Source: Spirogloea muscicola (Eukaryota). From it: 64,000 bases of DNA. The stretch's first letter is position 1. Each line of letters opens with the position of its first letter. This document shows positions 49,901-61,425 of this stretch, one piece after another. Made by a program: the position numbers and the translations under genes. The DNA lies in the NCBI GenBank assembly GCA_009602725.1, contig WELB01000032.1, forward strand, positions 166,762 to 230,761, written 5' to 3'. Below the pieces are notes generated by a model. It was not told the origin of the DNA, did no database searches, and saw nothing but the letters and a program-made list of their open reading frames with translations.

Positions 49901-50615
49901 ACTGGGGGATCAGTCAGGTTCCGACAGTCAGCACATCACATCTTCCATCTGAGATGCAAGGCAACGCAATACTGCTGGACCAGATAGCGAGCAAGCAAGA
50001 CAGTGCGCTGCATGGCTCCAAACAGCAGGGCAGGCAGAAGGCTGCAGATAAGGTCAAGACCGATGCACAAGATCGATGGTGGTCTCACGACTATTTGTAC
50101 CGATCAATAACGCAGCTTTTAGTCCCCACATCAAAGTTGGCGATTATAAGCAGGTGGTTTTCCCGAAAGAATTATTATCCAGGCAGGGATTGGCGCCGGT
50201 CGCCAGCTGGCTCAGGGCGCAAAGAAAAGGCAGCACCTGGCGACCCCACCGAGCAGCCTCCCGGACCAACGTCTTACAAGATACTTTGATTCCAACCAAA
50301 AAACAAGTAGACAATCAGAAGGATCCTTACATCATCAGTCGCAAAAACAAAAATATATATTAGCACCATAGATGCAATTCTGATATCAATTGTAAGGAAC
50401 TGCCGTTACACGCACTTAAGAGTATGTAGTCCTTCCTAGGTTCGGCTATAGGGCTTAAGTCAACCCCACTACACAGAGAAGCACTCGCGCATAGGCTCAG
50501 TGGAAGGCAGGCCCTGTGGCACCGCCGTCAGGCGGTGACTCCACCTCCCGGGCGCAAGCCAGCAGCTGTCCTCTAAGGGGCGCAGCCACGGAGTCCGCAG
50601 CAATCCCCGCAGCAG
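46940..50615 (-). mobile_element. Decayed Ty3/gypsy element 2 (partial 5' LTR-C, PBS, gag, PR, RT)
   Basis: LTR ends ...CCTTACA at 50391, then AT and TGATATCAGA (tRNA-iMet-like PBS, 50388-50379). Gag MES at 49887, QCQRFKAGLP and [33 protein letters not shown] and SFGLTSAPATFQ. Confidence 0.87.
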
Positions 50616-50809
50616 GGTCGCTGGGATTTTGAGACGAAACCCCTAGCACAGAGAAGCACCACAATCACACGCAGCAAGAATTTTAGCCCTGAGGCGGCGC
50701 CGACAGGCGGCGACTCACCTCTCGGTACGGGCCAGCAACTGTCCCAAAGGGAGCAGCCACAGTCTACCTTCAGGAGAGCCGATGACGATCCGCAGGGACG
50801 GGTTGCGGC

Positions 50810-52990
50810 ATCAATGTTGCGAACCCTTCGAATCGCAACATTCAAGGAACTGATGCGTCTGCTACTTTAATGCATCTGGAGTGCGGGCTGCAGGACTGTG
50901 TCTAACTCGCCAAGCTTCTCGGCAACCCACAGCTGACCCCTCTGAGCTCTATGAGCGTATTCGTGAAGGGTATGGCAAAGACCCATGGTTTGCTGAGGCA
51001 GCCAACTGAATACAAAGGCTTTTGGTGGTAAGGCGACGCTATTGTGGTCCAGGACTGCAACGCTTTGCGCACTGACATAATGAAGGGACCTGCATGGTAC
51101 GCCTTCCAGTGATCATCTTGGAGTGAGCAACACCAAACAGGCTGTGCGACGCTTCATCTGGTGGAAGGGCTTCTCAGCCCAGGTGCATGCTTATGTGACA
51201 AGCTGTGCCACATGCCGACGTAGTAAGGCAATCTCTGGCAAGCCTGCCGGAGGATTTCAGCCTTTGCAATTTCCGGAGCGAAATTGGACTGATGAAAGTG
51301 TGGCTTTTATGAGACATTTGCCTGAGTCGCGGAACGGCTTTGATGTCATTGTCGTCTTTGTGGATCGTTTGAGAAAAGTGGTGCATTTTTATCAGCGGAT
51401 AATTTCTCCAGCATCTTTGTGGATAAGGCACACATCTTTGTGGAAGCTGCTGGGATACCTGGAAGGCTGGTCTTGGACCGTGATCCTCGCTTTACAGGTC
51501 ACTTCTGGAAGGAAGTTTGCAAGCATATTGGCACGAACCAGGGCATGTCCACAGCCTTTCAACCACAGAGGGATGGCCAAACCAAGAGAATGAGGCTGGT
51601 TCTGGAGGACATGCTGAGGCACTTTGTCAATGCCAGCCAGACTGACTGGATGAGTATTTGGCTCCAGCTGGATGTGCTTTGGAAAATGCCTTTCATGCGT
51701 CCACTAAGGAGACATCTTCTTCCTCAACTATGGTCAGCATCCCTGAGCTCCACTTCAGGTGAAAAGGGCGGAACGAGATCCCGTCGCGATAGCTTTTACT
51801 GGGACCCTCTTGAAGGCCCAGAAATGAGCTCGGCATTTCTTAGTAAGCCTCAGAATGAGGAAGAGCAAGTATTCAAATTGAAAACTCAACTCGCCAATTG
51901 GCGACCCAGCGTGGCCAAAAGGCTTATGCTGACAGAAGTCAGAAGGATGTGTCCTTTGACGTTGGTGCACAAGTGCTGCTGAGCACGAAATACCTGTTTT
52001 GGGTGCTGTGGGTACCAGCGAGTTGCTGCCAAGTGGGTTGGACCATTTGCAGTAGTACGCCTCGTGGGCAAGGTGCCCTACGAGCTGCAGAAGCCGGTGC
52101 AGTGGAAGGTTTATGACGCCTTTCATGTTCTCAGCTGAGGGCCCTTTCATTCGGATAGCCGTGTCCAACCGCCTCCACCTCCACTATTGATCAAGGATGA
52201 CCTTGAAATTCAGGTGGAAGAGATCTTGTCACACAGGGACAATCGCCAAGACCCGTGAGTTTCTGGTGAAGTGGCTAGGCCATGGGCCTTAGCACAACAC
52301 GTGGGAGCCTGCGACCAAACTGGCAAATCGTCCAGCTGCTCTCAAGGAATACCTGGCCAAGGGTGGTGATTCCACTCGGCTTGCACGAGGCCGCATCCGT
52401 CGGGCATCTGGATACCAGTCGGTTGTTCTCTCGTTGTTCCCGAGGACGGGAACACCAGAGTGGGGAATTATGTAACGATCCAGCCGTTTGGTTATGCCAC
52501 ACGGTGCTGTTAGCGTCACATGACCGCTAACCGTTTGACGGCAAGTGGCCAGCCAGGTGGCGAGCTTGCTGGCCGGGCGAGTGGCCCGCCCAGGTGCGGC
52601 CCCGCCCGTCCTAATATACCCTTCGCTAGAATCCACCCGTCCAAGGGAGGATCTTTGGCCCGCCGCAAGGCAGGCCATGGGGCGACCTGCTCACAGGAGG
52701 GAGGGTGGCACGGGGGAAGCACTACGAGCCTCGGGCTGAGACCCGACATGACTTGGGACCGGTGAGCCTGAGAGCAGCCTTGCTGCTGCCTGCCGCCGCA
52801 GCCGCCGCCGCACCCTGCTGCGGGGCTTGCTGCGGGGAGTCCGTGGCTATGCCCCTTGGGGGACAGCCGACGGCTTGCGGCAGGAGGTAGAATCGCCGCC
52901 GGACGGCGGCGCCACAGGGCATGTCTTCCGCTGCGCCTGTGCGCTAGTGCTTCACTGTGTAGTGGATGAGGACGACTGACCCCCAAGTGC
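50810..52990 (+). mobile_element. Ty3/gypsy chromovirus element 3: integrase, chromodomain, PPT and 3' LTR-C
   Basis: HLGV..SCATC, IVVFVDRL, DRDPRFTGHFW; chromodomain VEEILSHR..FLVKWLG..HNTWEP (~52215-52320); PPT AGAGTGGGGAA before TGTAAC at 52471. Confidence 0.88.
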
Positions 52991-53050
52991 GTGTGTCTAG
53001 GGTCCCTGCAGCAGCCACTGCCTCGGTAGCTGGCTCTGCAGCAGCCGCTC

Positions 53051-54041
53051 TGCAGCATCCCTGTCCCGAAGCACACAGCTCGGGTCAGACTGTCCTGTTG
53101 GTTTAAATTCGAATATAGGGTGTTTTGGAGACAACCCTCATACCAATGTAAGGTTCCTCTCCCTATACATACAGTTAGGGTCAGTACGTTCTGGTCTGGG
53201 TCCAGACATAGCGTTTTGCAGAACCCTCATGCAGGAAACGCCAACGCACATACGCGCACAGAGCGCAGCGGAAGTATTGCCCTGAGGCACCGCCCTAGGG
53301 CGGTGACTTCTTCAATAGACTTACAGAGAGCTGGCGGGGCCCGCAGAAAGAGCTGCGGCGACGGGCTGGTCAGAAGGCGGCAGCAGCAGGCACACCAGGA
53401 CAGAACATGATGCAGATGGATGCTCAGTATCCATGAGTGAGCAACAGCAAATCAGAATAAGTCGGAGCAGGTAAGGGGGCACTCTGTCCAGACCCTGAGG
53501 CAGCAGCCGTAGCGCGGCCGGCGCGCGTGTGGACCGCGTGAGCCAGAGAGCGCTGGAGCGAGACCGCCAGCTCCGGGCGAGGGAGCCGGCAGCATCGAAG
53601 CCTGGCAGACCAGGCCGCCGCTCGATGGCCTGCCGGGCAAGCCGCTGGAGGAGATCCAACCAGCCACTGCCGAAGGCCCCGTGAACGTCAATGGCCAGGG
53701 CCGCGAAGTCATTGCCTGGAGTGTGGTCGGCGTACTTACGCTCCTTGCCCTGGGCCGCCAAACCGACCGCGTGCCCATCGGTCGACGCCGACTTGGCGGG
53801 GTTGGTGGAGTCGACGCAATTGGCAGTCACCACATCCACGATAATACCCTCCTCCGGGCAGGATGGCGACTAGGTCAGCGCGCCGAATGTGGGGTTGTCC
53901 GTCTGCGCCCAGCTGGATAGCCAAGGGCCACTACTTACAGCGTTTCTCCTGCCACCCCATCCCCGAGGCTGTGACGAGGGTCGCCCCCAAGGCCCTCTCC
54001 CGAAGGGGCGGGTCGGACAAAGGGGACACTAAGGGCGGCGC
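53051..54041 (-). mobile_element. LTR-A-type fragments interrupted by a CRE-like fragment
   Basis: LTR-A ends at ~53051 and ~53147; 53925-54041 matches 55260-55370. Confidence 0.65.
53393..53890 (-). mobile_element. CRE-like RLE C-terminal fragment inside the LTR nest
   Basis: RRADLVA, DVVTAN, KERKYADH, ALAIDVHGAFGSGWLDLLQRLAR, LLLTHGY*. Confidence 0.8.
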
Positions 54042-54165
54042 TGTAGAGGACCTCGCCCTGAACCAGCAGTTAGGGTGAGTCGTCTTTCTTATATTCGTAT
54101 GTAGGGGTTATAGGGACCGACCCACTAAACAGAGCACTGGCGCATAGGCGCAGCGGAAGACAGGC

Positions 54166-54910
54166 TGTAAAGGCCCCGCCGTTGCGGGCCCCTTAACTTC
54201 GAATTAAGCACTAACGTGTGACCCTTGACGCGCACGCGACTGACGCGGTGCCACGCGTGTGCGACGAGCGCGCGACGCGCGAGGTGACGAATCTTAGAAG
54301 AGGCGGCGCATCTTGGGCTCCCAGAGAGGAGATTCTCGGCGGGTTCTCGAAGCTGCCGCCAGGACACGTGTGGCGCGCCTTCGGGCCTATGCCGCGCAGA
54401 GCGGCGCCGCCAGGCGGCGCCGCAGGGCGGTACCGCTGGGACGCGCCGCAGGCGGCGCCGCAAGGCGGTGCCGCGCCGCAGGACGGCCGCCGGTTCCAGA
54501 AGGGAGCCGCGTGGCCTGCCCTCGCCCTAATTTCCCCTTTGTCGGGTCCGCCTTCTCGAGGGTGGGCCTTGAGACGAGCCTCCCAGAGACCCCTGGGGAG
54601 AAGGTGGCACATGAAGCACTATGAGTAGGGCTGAGACCAGACTCGGGGCACCCGGTCGAGTCAGCGAAGCCCACGCCAGAGAGAGGCGCGCGGCCCTGCT
54701 GCCGGGTGCTGCCGCAGCTCGCCGACGCAGCCCTGCTGCTGCCTATTACTGCCGCCGCAACCCCTCCCTGCAGATCTTCATCGGCTCTCCCGAAGGTAGA
54801 CTGCGGCTGCTCCCTTTGGGACAGTTGCTGGCCCGTACCGAGAGGTGAATCGCCGCTCGTCGGCGGCGCCTCAGGGCAAGGTAATCCGCTGCGTGTCCAC
54901 GTGGTGCTTC
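54166..54910 (+). mobile_element. LTR-B 5' part; left end of a ~7.2-kb block bounded by TSD CAGGC
   Basis: TGTAAAGG..CTTAACTTCGAATTAAGC start; CAGGC at 54161-54165 and again at 61387-61391. Confidence 0.78.
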
Positions 54911-55911
54911 TGTAACATCCCTGTCCCTTATCACACAGTTAGGGTCAGAATGTCGTGTTTGGGTTCGGTCATGAGGTGTTTTGGAGACAACCCCTCATAC
55001 AAGAGAACGGCAACGCACATACGTGCACAAAGCGCAGCAGAAGTCTTACACTGAGGCACCGCCTTAGGGCGGTGACTCTAGCAATAGACTTGCAGAGAGC
55101 CGGCGGGTCCCGCGGCGAGGAGCTGTGGCGACGGGCTGGGCAGCAGGCGGCAGCAGCGAAGCTGTGACGGCGGCGGCGGCAGCAGGCAGCAGCGGGGCTG
55201 GCTAGGCAGCAGCAGAGCTGTGTCTCTCTCGGCGTTAGTCGGACTCCGGAGTCTGGCCAAGGCCTACTACTTATATATAGCGGTTCTCCTGCCACCCCTC
55301 CCCAGAGGGTGTGACGAGGATCGCCCCCAGGGCCCTCCCCTGGAGGGGCGGGCCTGACAAGGGGACACGATGAATGCAAGAGGCTGGCGCACAGGGCCAG
55401 AGGCCTATAGCACGAGTACAAGGGACTAGCGCCAAGAGGCCGGCGCGCGAGACCAAGAGACTGGCGCGCAGAACAGGGCCTAACGCCAAGGAGGTGACGC
55501 GCCAGGCCAAGAGCCTCGTTATACCCTCCCGGGAGGGCTGGCAGGAGAACCGCTATAAGTAGTAGGCCTTGGCCAGACTCCGGAGTCCGACCAACGCCGA
55601 GAGAGACTCAGCTCTGCTGATGCCTAGACAGCCCCGCTGCTGCCTGCTGCCGCCGCCGTCGCCACAGCTCTGCTGCTGCCGCCTGCTGCCCAGCCCATCG
55701 CCGCAGCTCCTCGCTGCGGGCCCCGCCGGTTCTCTGTAAGTCTATTGGTAGAGTCACCACCCTAGGGCGGTGCCTCAGGTTAAGAATTCCGCTGCGCTCT
55801 GTGCGCGTATGTGCGTTGGCGTTCTCTTGTATGAGGGTTGCCTCCAAAACACCCTATGACCAAACAGGACAGTTTGACCCTAACTGTGTGATTAGGGACA
55901 GGGATGATATA
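54911..55911. repeat. Two LTR-A 3' halves in inverted orientation (~400-bp arms, ~195-bp spacer)
   Basis: 54911-55319 is the reverse complement of 55514-55911; the right arm is followed by a PBS. Confidence 0.85.
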
Positions 55912-55912
55912 T

Positions 55913-58900
55913 TGGTATAAGAGGAGTTTTTGCATCTAGCCAGTCACGTAAGCGGTTCTGTTTTACTGCTGACAGTGCAAGGATCCCTCTGTACTCTGGA
56001 CTAAAATTTCTCTTCTGAGTTATCCAGAGTGGACGTGGAGCTGTCATCGGCGAAGCGGCACGTCACCTCCTCGCCTTCGACATCCACGTTCCGGGCCTCC
56101 AACATCCCAAGCGATTCTTCGTCCTGGCGGCAATCTTTATTGCCAGGTCAGTACTTGCCAGCGTAAACTACCTGTGTTCGGCGGATTGCCGGCCAATATG
56201 GCAAGGAAGTGAAACCGGTCGCTGGTGGGCGGTAAAGTCTGGCCGTATGCCAGGAATTGGTTGGTGTTTTTTCTCCTGGTCCCTCCCTCTTGCTGCTCGT
56301 TCAGCTTTGTGTTTTGGAGGTACGATGCACGCGCTGTCATGATTGCTTGTTGGTCTGGGGCACCAGTCCTTCTGAGTATTATCTTGACAGTATGGATCCT
56401 CGATATGTCTGCCGCCACTGACTTGATCCGTCTGTGGGTGGTGCATAAGGCATGGAGTCGCCGGATTCCAGCGCTTGTCCTCCTCCACCGGCAGCACCTG
56501 CTCTGGAGGTTGAGGAGCTCGCCGACGATCTGGCGGAGCTCCAGGCGCCCAACGCGGACGACCTAACCTCCGATGACGCGCAGCGCAGCGCACGCCTTCT
56601 GGAGCTCCACGAGGCCGCTGTCCCTGTTTGTGGGGATCCTGCGGTGGCGGCCTTTATGGGCGCACTGCTGGAGGAAGTACAATCAATCGCTCACTGCCCG
56701 GCTGTGTAAGGGCGAGAAGCGCATTCGGCTCAAGACCAAAGTACGTGAGTCGCAGCTTGGGCGTGCCAAGCCCGCCCTGCCGGCCAAGTTCAGCGGACCA
56801 TCCTTCCAAGGCGGCTTCAACGCCTTGTTATCGGAGATTTTGGCATTGTTTGTACAGTGCGGCACTGGCGTCCAACACCGTGTCGGGCTTGCAGCCACTC
56901 ACCTCTCCGGCGTTCGGCCCAATGGTGGGAAAGTCTGAAGAAGTCGTCCTCCCCTGCAGTGTACAATCTTTGGGATTTATTCGTAAGATCGTTGTCGAGT
57001 ATTTACGGCGAAGTGCATGCCAAGCTCAACGCGCGGAATGAACTGGACGTCATCCGCATGCGGAACAACGACTTTGAGGATTATGTAAGGCGTTTCCACG
57101 TCTGTTGTTCAGCAAGCTCAACACCAGATCTATTAATTAGTGATCAGTGTCAACGGTTCAAAGCGGGACTCCCGGAGCACGTCGCTCTACTTGCGCAACT
57201 GGATGCAGTGACATTCCAGCCTGTGGACACCTTGGACAGCCTCATCGAGCAGGCGCGCCTAACGTTCGCAATGTACCTGCGCAAGCGTCCCCTCGCGGAA
57301 ACCGTCGTCAATCCGGCTGCCCCTTCATCTTCGAGCGTCGGCTTAGCAGTATGCCCAGAACAAGTGCCAAGCCCTACGTGGGGCAAAGGCGTCCACAAAA
57401 ACCAGGGGCCTTTGTCCCCGGGAAAACAGAGCTTGCTACCGCCGTGGCCAAAACGGCCACCGCATCCGTGACTCTACCCAAGCTCCCAAGCACCCCTCAT
57501 CAATAAGCAAGTCTGCTCCACCCGGCCCCAAGGAGCAGTACAAGGGCAAGGGCAAACGTGAGTGCCTTGCCTAACTCCTGTGTGGAGTCCTCGATTGCAT
57601 AACGTGCAAATTCTGTTTGAACGCGTAGGACATGCTTGTCCGCAGTCTTCTATTCCAGTAGTACGCTCCCTGCATATGCTCATGAAAATATGGTGACTGG
57701 TGGTTCCATTGGTGTCTGGGTCCTCCGCAGCCAAGTGCAATCAGCTGCTCAGATGTATATAAGTTGGGTGGAACATCATGGGGCTGACGATCCTATGTTT
57801 TGCATCGTTTGATGCAGGCGAGGATTGTATCCTCAACCACCATCAGGACTGTCCCTGCTCTGTCGCTACACAGCAGGCCATCTTCACGTAGTACCTGTCG
57901 CTGCTCGATCACCTAAGAAATTGCTGATATATGTGATATTTGTAATTTAGACTTTCTTCAGTTGGCGACTTAGCATTTTGTGCTACCATGCCTAGTATGC
58001 TATTTCCCGGCATAGCAGCTGGTCAACCAGCCCAGATCCTCATAGACACGGGTGCCTCGGTATCCTGTGCTAGTAAGACTTTTGTGTGTAACAATGGCTT
58101 GCCTGTGCAACCCATTCATGTACTGCAAGCTACATTGGCCAATGGTCAACATATGAAAGTATCGGGCATTTGCAGAGTTACCAGTCGCATCCAAAGCTAT
58201 AAGACGGTTGTGTCTTGTCATGTCAGTGATTTGGTGTCTGCCTTTGATGTCATCTTGGGCGATGATTGGCTCTGTGCCACCGCGTCTGTGCTTGATAGTA
58301 AACAGCGCACGTGTCGGCCGACGTGGTACTCGTCGTTTCGAATTGCACAACGTCAACATTCCCTGTGTGCCACCACCCATGCAAGACTCTTCTCTGCGGC
58401 TTAAGCTGAGCGGATGAAGAAGCCTTTTCGAAAGAGAACCAGCTTCGGCTACGTATCTGGGTGTTGTGATGAGTGCTGAGTCTCCCCCTGACTCTGAAGT
58501 GAGTATCGTGGCCTCATGCAGTACGGCTCTTGACAAGTTGTTTGCAGAGTGTTCGGATGTAATCCCGGATGCACTTTCAGACGCTTTGTGTGACGACCCT
58601 GACCCTCAACAGCACAGTCAGGGGTCAGTACGTCCTGGTTTCGGGTGCTGGGGTTTAGAGTCAAACCCCCAGCACAGTGAAGCACCACGTGTGATACGCA
58701 GCGGACGTCTCGCCCTGAGGCGCTGCCCACAGGCAGCGACTCACCTCTCAGGTACGGGCCAGCCACTGTCCCCAAAGGAGCAGTCACAGTCTTACTCACA
58801 GAAAGCCGACGAAGGTCCGCAACGACGGGATGCGGCGACGGGCTGCAGCAGCGGGCAGCAGCAGGGCTGCGTCGGCGGGCTGCGGCAGCAGGCGGCAGCA

Positions 58901-60000
58901 GGGCTGCACCTCTCTCTCGCGGGCTTCACTGATGTTGAACGGGGTTTTCCGCGTCGGCTCTCAGCCCTACTTGTAGTGCTTCATGTGCCACCCTCCCCAG
59001 GGGTCTCTGGGAGGCTCGTCTCAGGGCCCGCCTTCGGGACGGCGGGCCCGACAAAGGGAATCTAGTGCGAGGGCAGGCCACGCGGCTCCCTTCTGGAGGC
59101 GGCGGCCGTCCTGCGGCGCCGGCTTGCGGCGCCGCCAGTGAGTCACGGTGTGGCGCGGCGTCACAGGCGCGCCACACGTGTCACATACACGTCATTGCGG
59201 GCACGACGGCAGAATCAGGAATATGCCGAGAAGCTCCGCTCTGGAAGTCCAGGATTCGCCTCGGCTGGAGGCGGCGCACCTGCACGTCATATCGTCAGCA
59301 GGCGCGTCACACCGCGCGACACCTCGCGTGGCGCTCTCGCACTGTCGAATGCGCGTCGCACGCGTCAGTCGCGAGCGCGTCAGTGATTAGCGCTTAACTC
59401 GAAGATAAGCGCCCCGTAACGGCGGGGATGTTACCGGATCGAGGCGTGGCTCATATACTTCCATTGGAGCTTGGCGCTGTACCGCCGTACGGTCCTGTGT
59501 ATCGACTGAGTCCACTCGAATTTCTAGAAATGCGCAAGCCCAAGTGACAATATTGCTCCGTCAAAGGCACATTGAGCCTTCCCAATCCCCGCATGGTGCG
59601 CCTATCCTCTGTAAAAGACAAAGATGGTGGTCTCCATATGTGCGTCGATTACCGAGCCCTGAACAAGCTCACTGTCAAGTATCGTTACCCCTTGCCTCGT
59701 ATAGATGATCCGTTCGATCGTCTCGCGGAAGCTAAAGTGTTCGGTTCCCTCGACTTGCAAAGTGGGTATCACCAAATCCGTATCACTCCTGAGGATGTTC
59801 CAAAGTCAGCGTTTCGTACGCCGATTCCACTTCAAGGTGCTGAGCTTTGGTCTGACCAACGTACCTGCTACGTTTCAGGCTATGATGACGAAGGTCTTTG
59901 GTCCCCTCTTGTATAATTTCGTGCTGGTCTACGTGGATGACATTCTGGTGTTCAGTAAAACGCCTGATGATCACGTACGACAACTGCGGGAAGTCCTGCA
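55913..60000 (+). mobile_element. Decayed Ty3/gypsy element 4 (PBS, leader, gag, PR, RT), interrupted by LTR-B
   Basis: PBS TGGTATAAGAG (55913-55923); gag MES at 56452, DQCQRFKAGLP, knuckle remnant CYRRGQNGHRIRDS; PR ILIDTGA and [34 protein letters not shown] and YVDD (59930). Confidence 0.9.
58589..59434 (-). mobile_element. Solo LTR-B inserted between PR and RT of element 4
   Basis: Near-identical to 44059-44951. The flanks rejoin the pol sequence seen at ~40990-41040. The terminal base and TSD are lost on the right. Confidence 0.85.
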
Positions 60001-60728
60001 GCGCGCGCGAGGTGACGCGCGGTGTGACATGCCTGCAGACGATGTGACGTGCAGGCGCGCCGCCTCTAGAAGAGGCGGCGCATATTGGGGTCCCAGATAT
60101 AAGATGCTCGGCGGGTTCTCGAACCGGCCGCCGGGACACGTGTGGCGCGCCTACGGGCCTATGCCGTGCAGAGCGGCGCCGCAAGGCGGCGCCGCGCCGC
60201 AGGACGGCCGCTGCTTCCGGAAGGGAGCCGTGTGGCCTGCCCTCGCACTAAGACTCCTCTTGTCGGGCCCGCCTTCCCGAAGGCGGGCCCTGAGACGAGC
60301 CTCCCAGGCACCCCTGGGGAGGGTGGCACATGAAGCACTACAAGTAGGGCTGAGAGCAGACTCGGGGACACCCGGTCAACATCAGTGAAGCCCGCAAGAG
60401 AGAGGCGCGCAGCACTGCTGTCGCCTGCTGCCGCAGCTCGCCGACGCAGCCCTGCTGATGCCTGCTGCTGCAGCCCGACGCCGCAACCCGTCCCTGCGGA
60501 TCCTCATCGGCTCTTCCGACGGTAGACTGTGGCTGCTCCCTTTGGGGACAGTTGCTGGCCCGTAGCTGAGAGGTGAGTCACCGCCTGTCGGCGGCGCCTC
60601 AGGGCAAGGTATTCCGCTGCGAGGTACACGTGCTGCTTCACTGTGCTGGGGAACTCTAAACCCCAGCGACCGAAATCAATAAGGACGTCCTAATCCCTAA
60701 CTGTGTGTGTAGGGATCAGAACGTCACA
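60001..60728 (+). mobile_element. 5'-truncated LTR-B copy
   Basis: Colinear with 54270-54910 and the reverse complement of 44059-44850; ends GAACGTCACA. Confidence 0.8.
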
Positions 60729-61260
60729 GCAGGGGCAAGGGTCCAGGGGTCCGAAGTTGAGCGAAAAACTCAACCCCTTTCCTATCTCGGGTTGCCCCTA
60801 AATAGCTCGACGGATAGCGAGCCCGGCCATACGGGCACGGGTGGGATAGTTCTTGGCACCCAGTCTTTCGTTGACGACCCGTCCACGAACTATTGACGGC
60901 TATCAACGGGCTACCACCGACAATCTACCCATACATCGGCCAACACCGCCATACTGACGGTCCCCGTCAATGCCGCCGTCAATAGCAACTGATGGTCTAC
61001 TACCCTCTGGCAATCGTGAGCCGTCTATCGTTCACGTCAACACTAACGGCTAACGACGCCGTCAAGGCAGTCTACAGCGCTGCCGCCTCCCATCGCCGTT
61101 CCAGCGCCAGTACTATGCTGTCTCGCGCGTCACGACTCCGGGTTGCGTCGCCCTCAGCTCAAAATAGATTTCCACGCTTCCCAGCCTGGTAAAATGTCCG
61201 TCTCCAGGCATCTGTCAAGCCTTTACTGCGGCACTGACAGTCAACTTATTTGTCAGCCGG

Positions 61261-61386
61261 AAGGTATTACGCTGCGTGTCTACGTGGTGCTTCACTGTGC
61301 TGGGGTTGTTGTCTTTAACCCCAGCGACCGAAATCAATAAGGACGTCCAAACCCCTAACTGTGTGTATAGGGATCAGAACGTTACA
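61261..61386 (+). mobile_element. LTR-B 3' fragment; right end of the CAGGC-bounded block
   Basis: Matches 60607-60728; ends GTTACA followed by CAGGC. Confidence 0.78.
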
Positions 61387-61425
61387 CAGGCCTGTTTGAC
61401 CTTAAACCCTAAACCCTAGAACCCT

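Noticed and set aside
54911..55911. MITE or foldback DNA transposon
   Set aside because: Both arms are LTR-A sequence, one is followed by a PBS, and no flanking TSD is visible.
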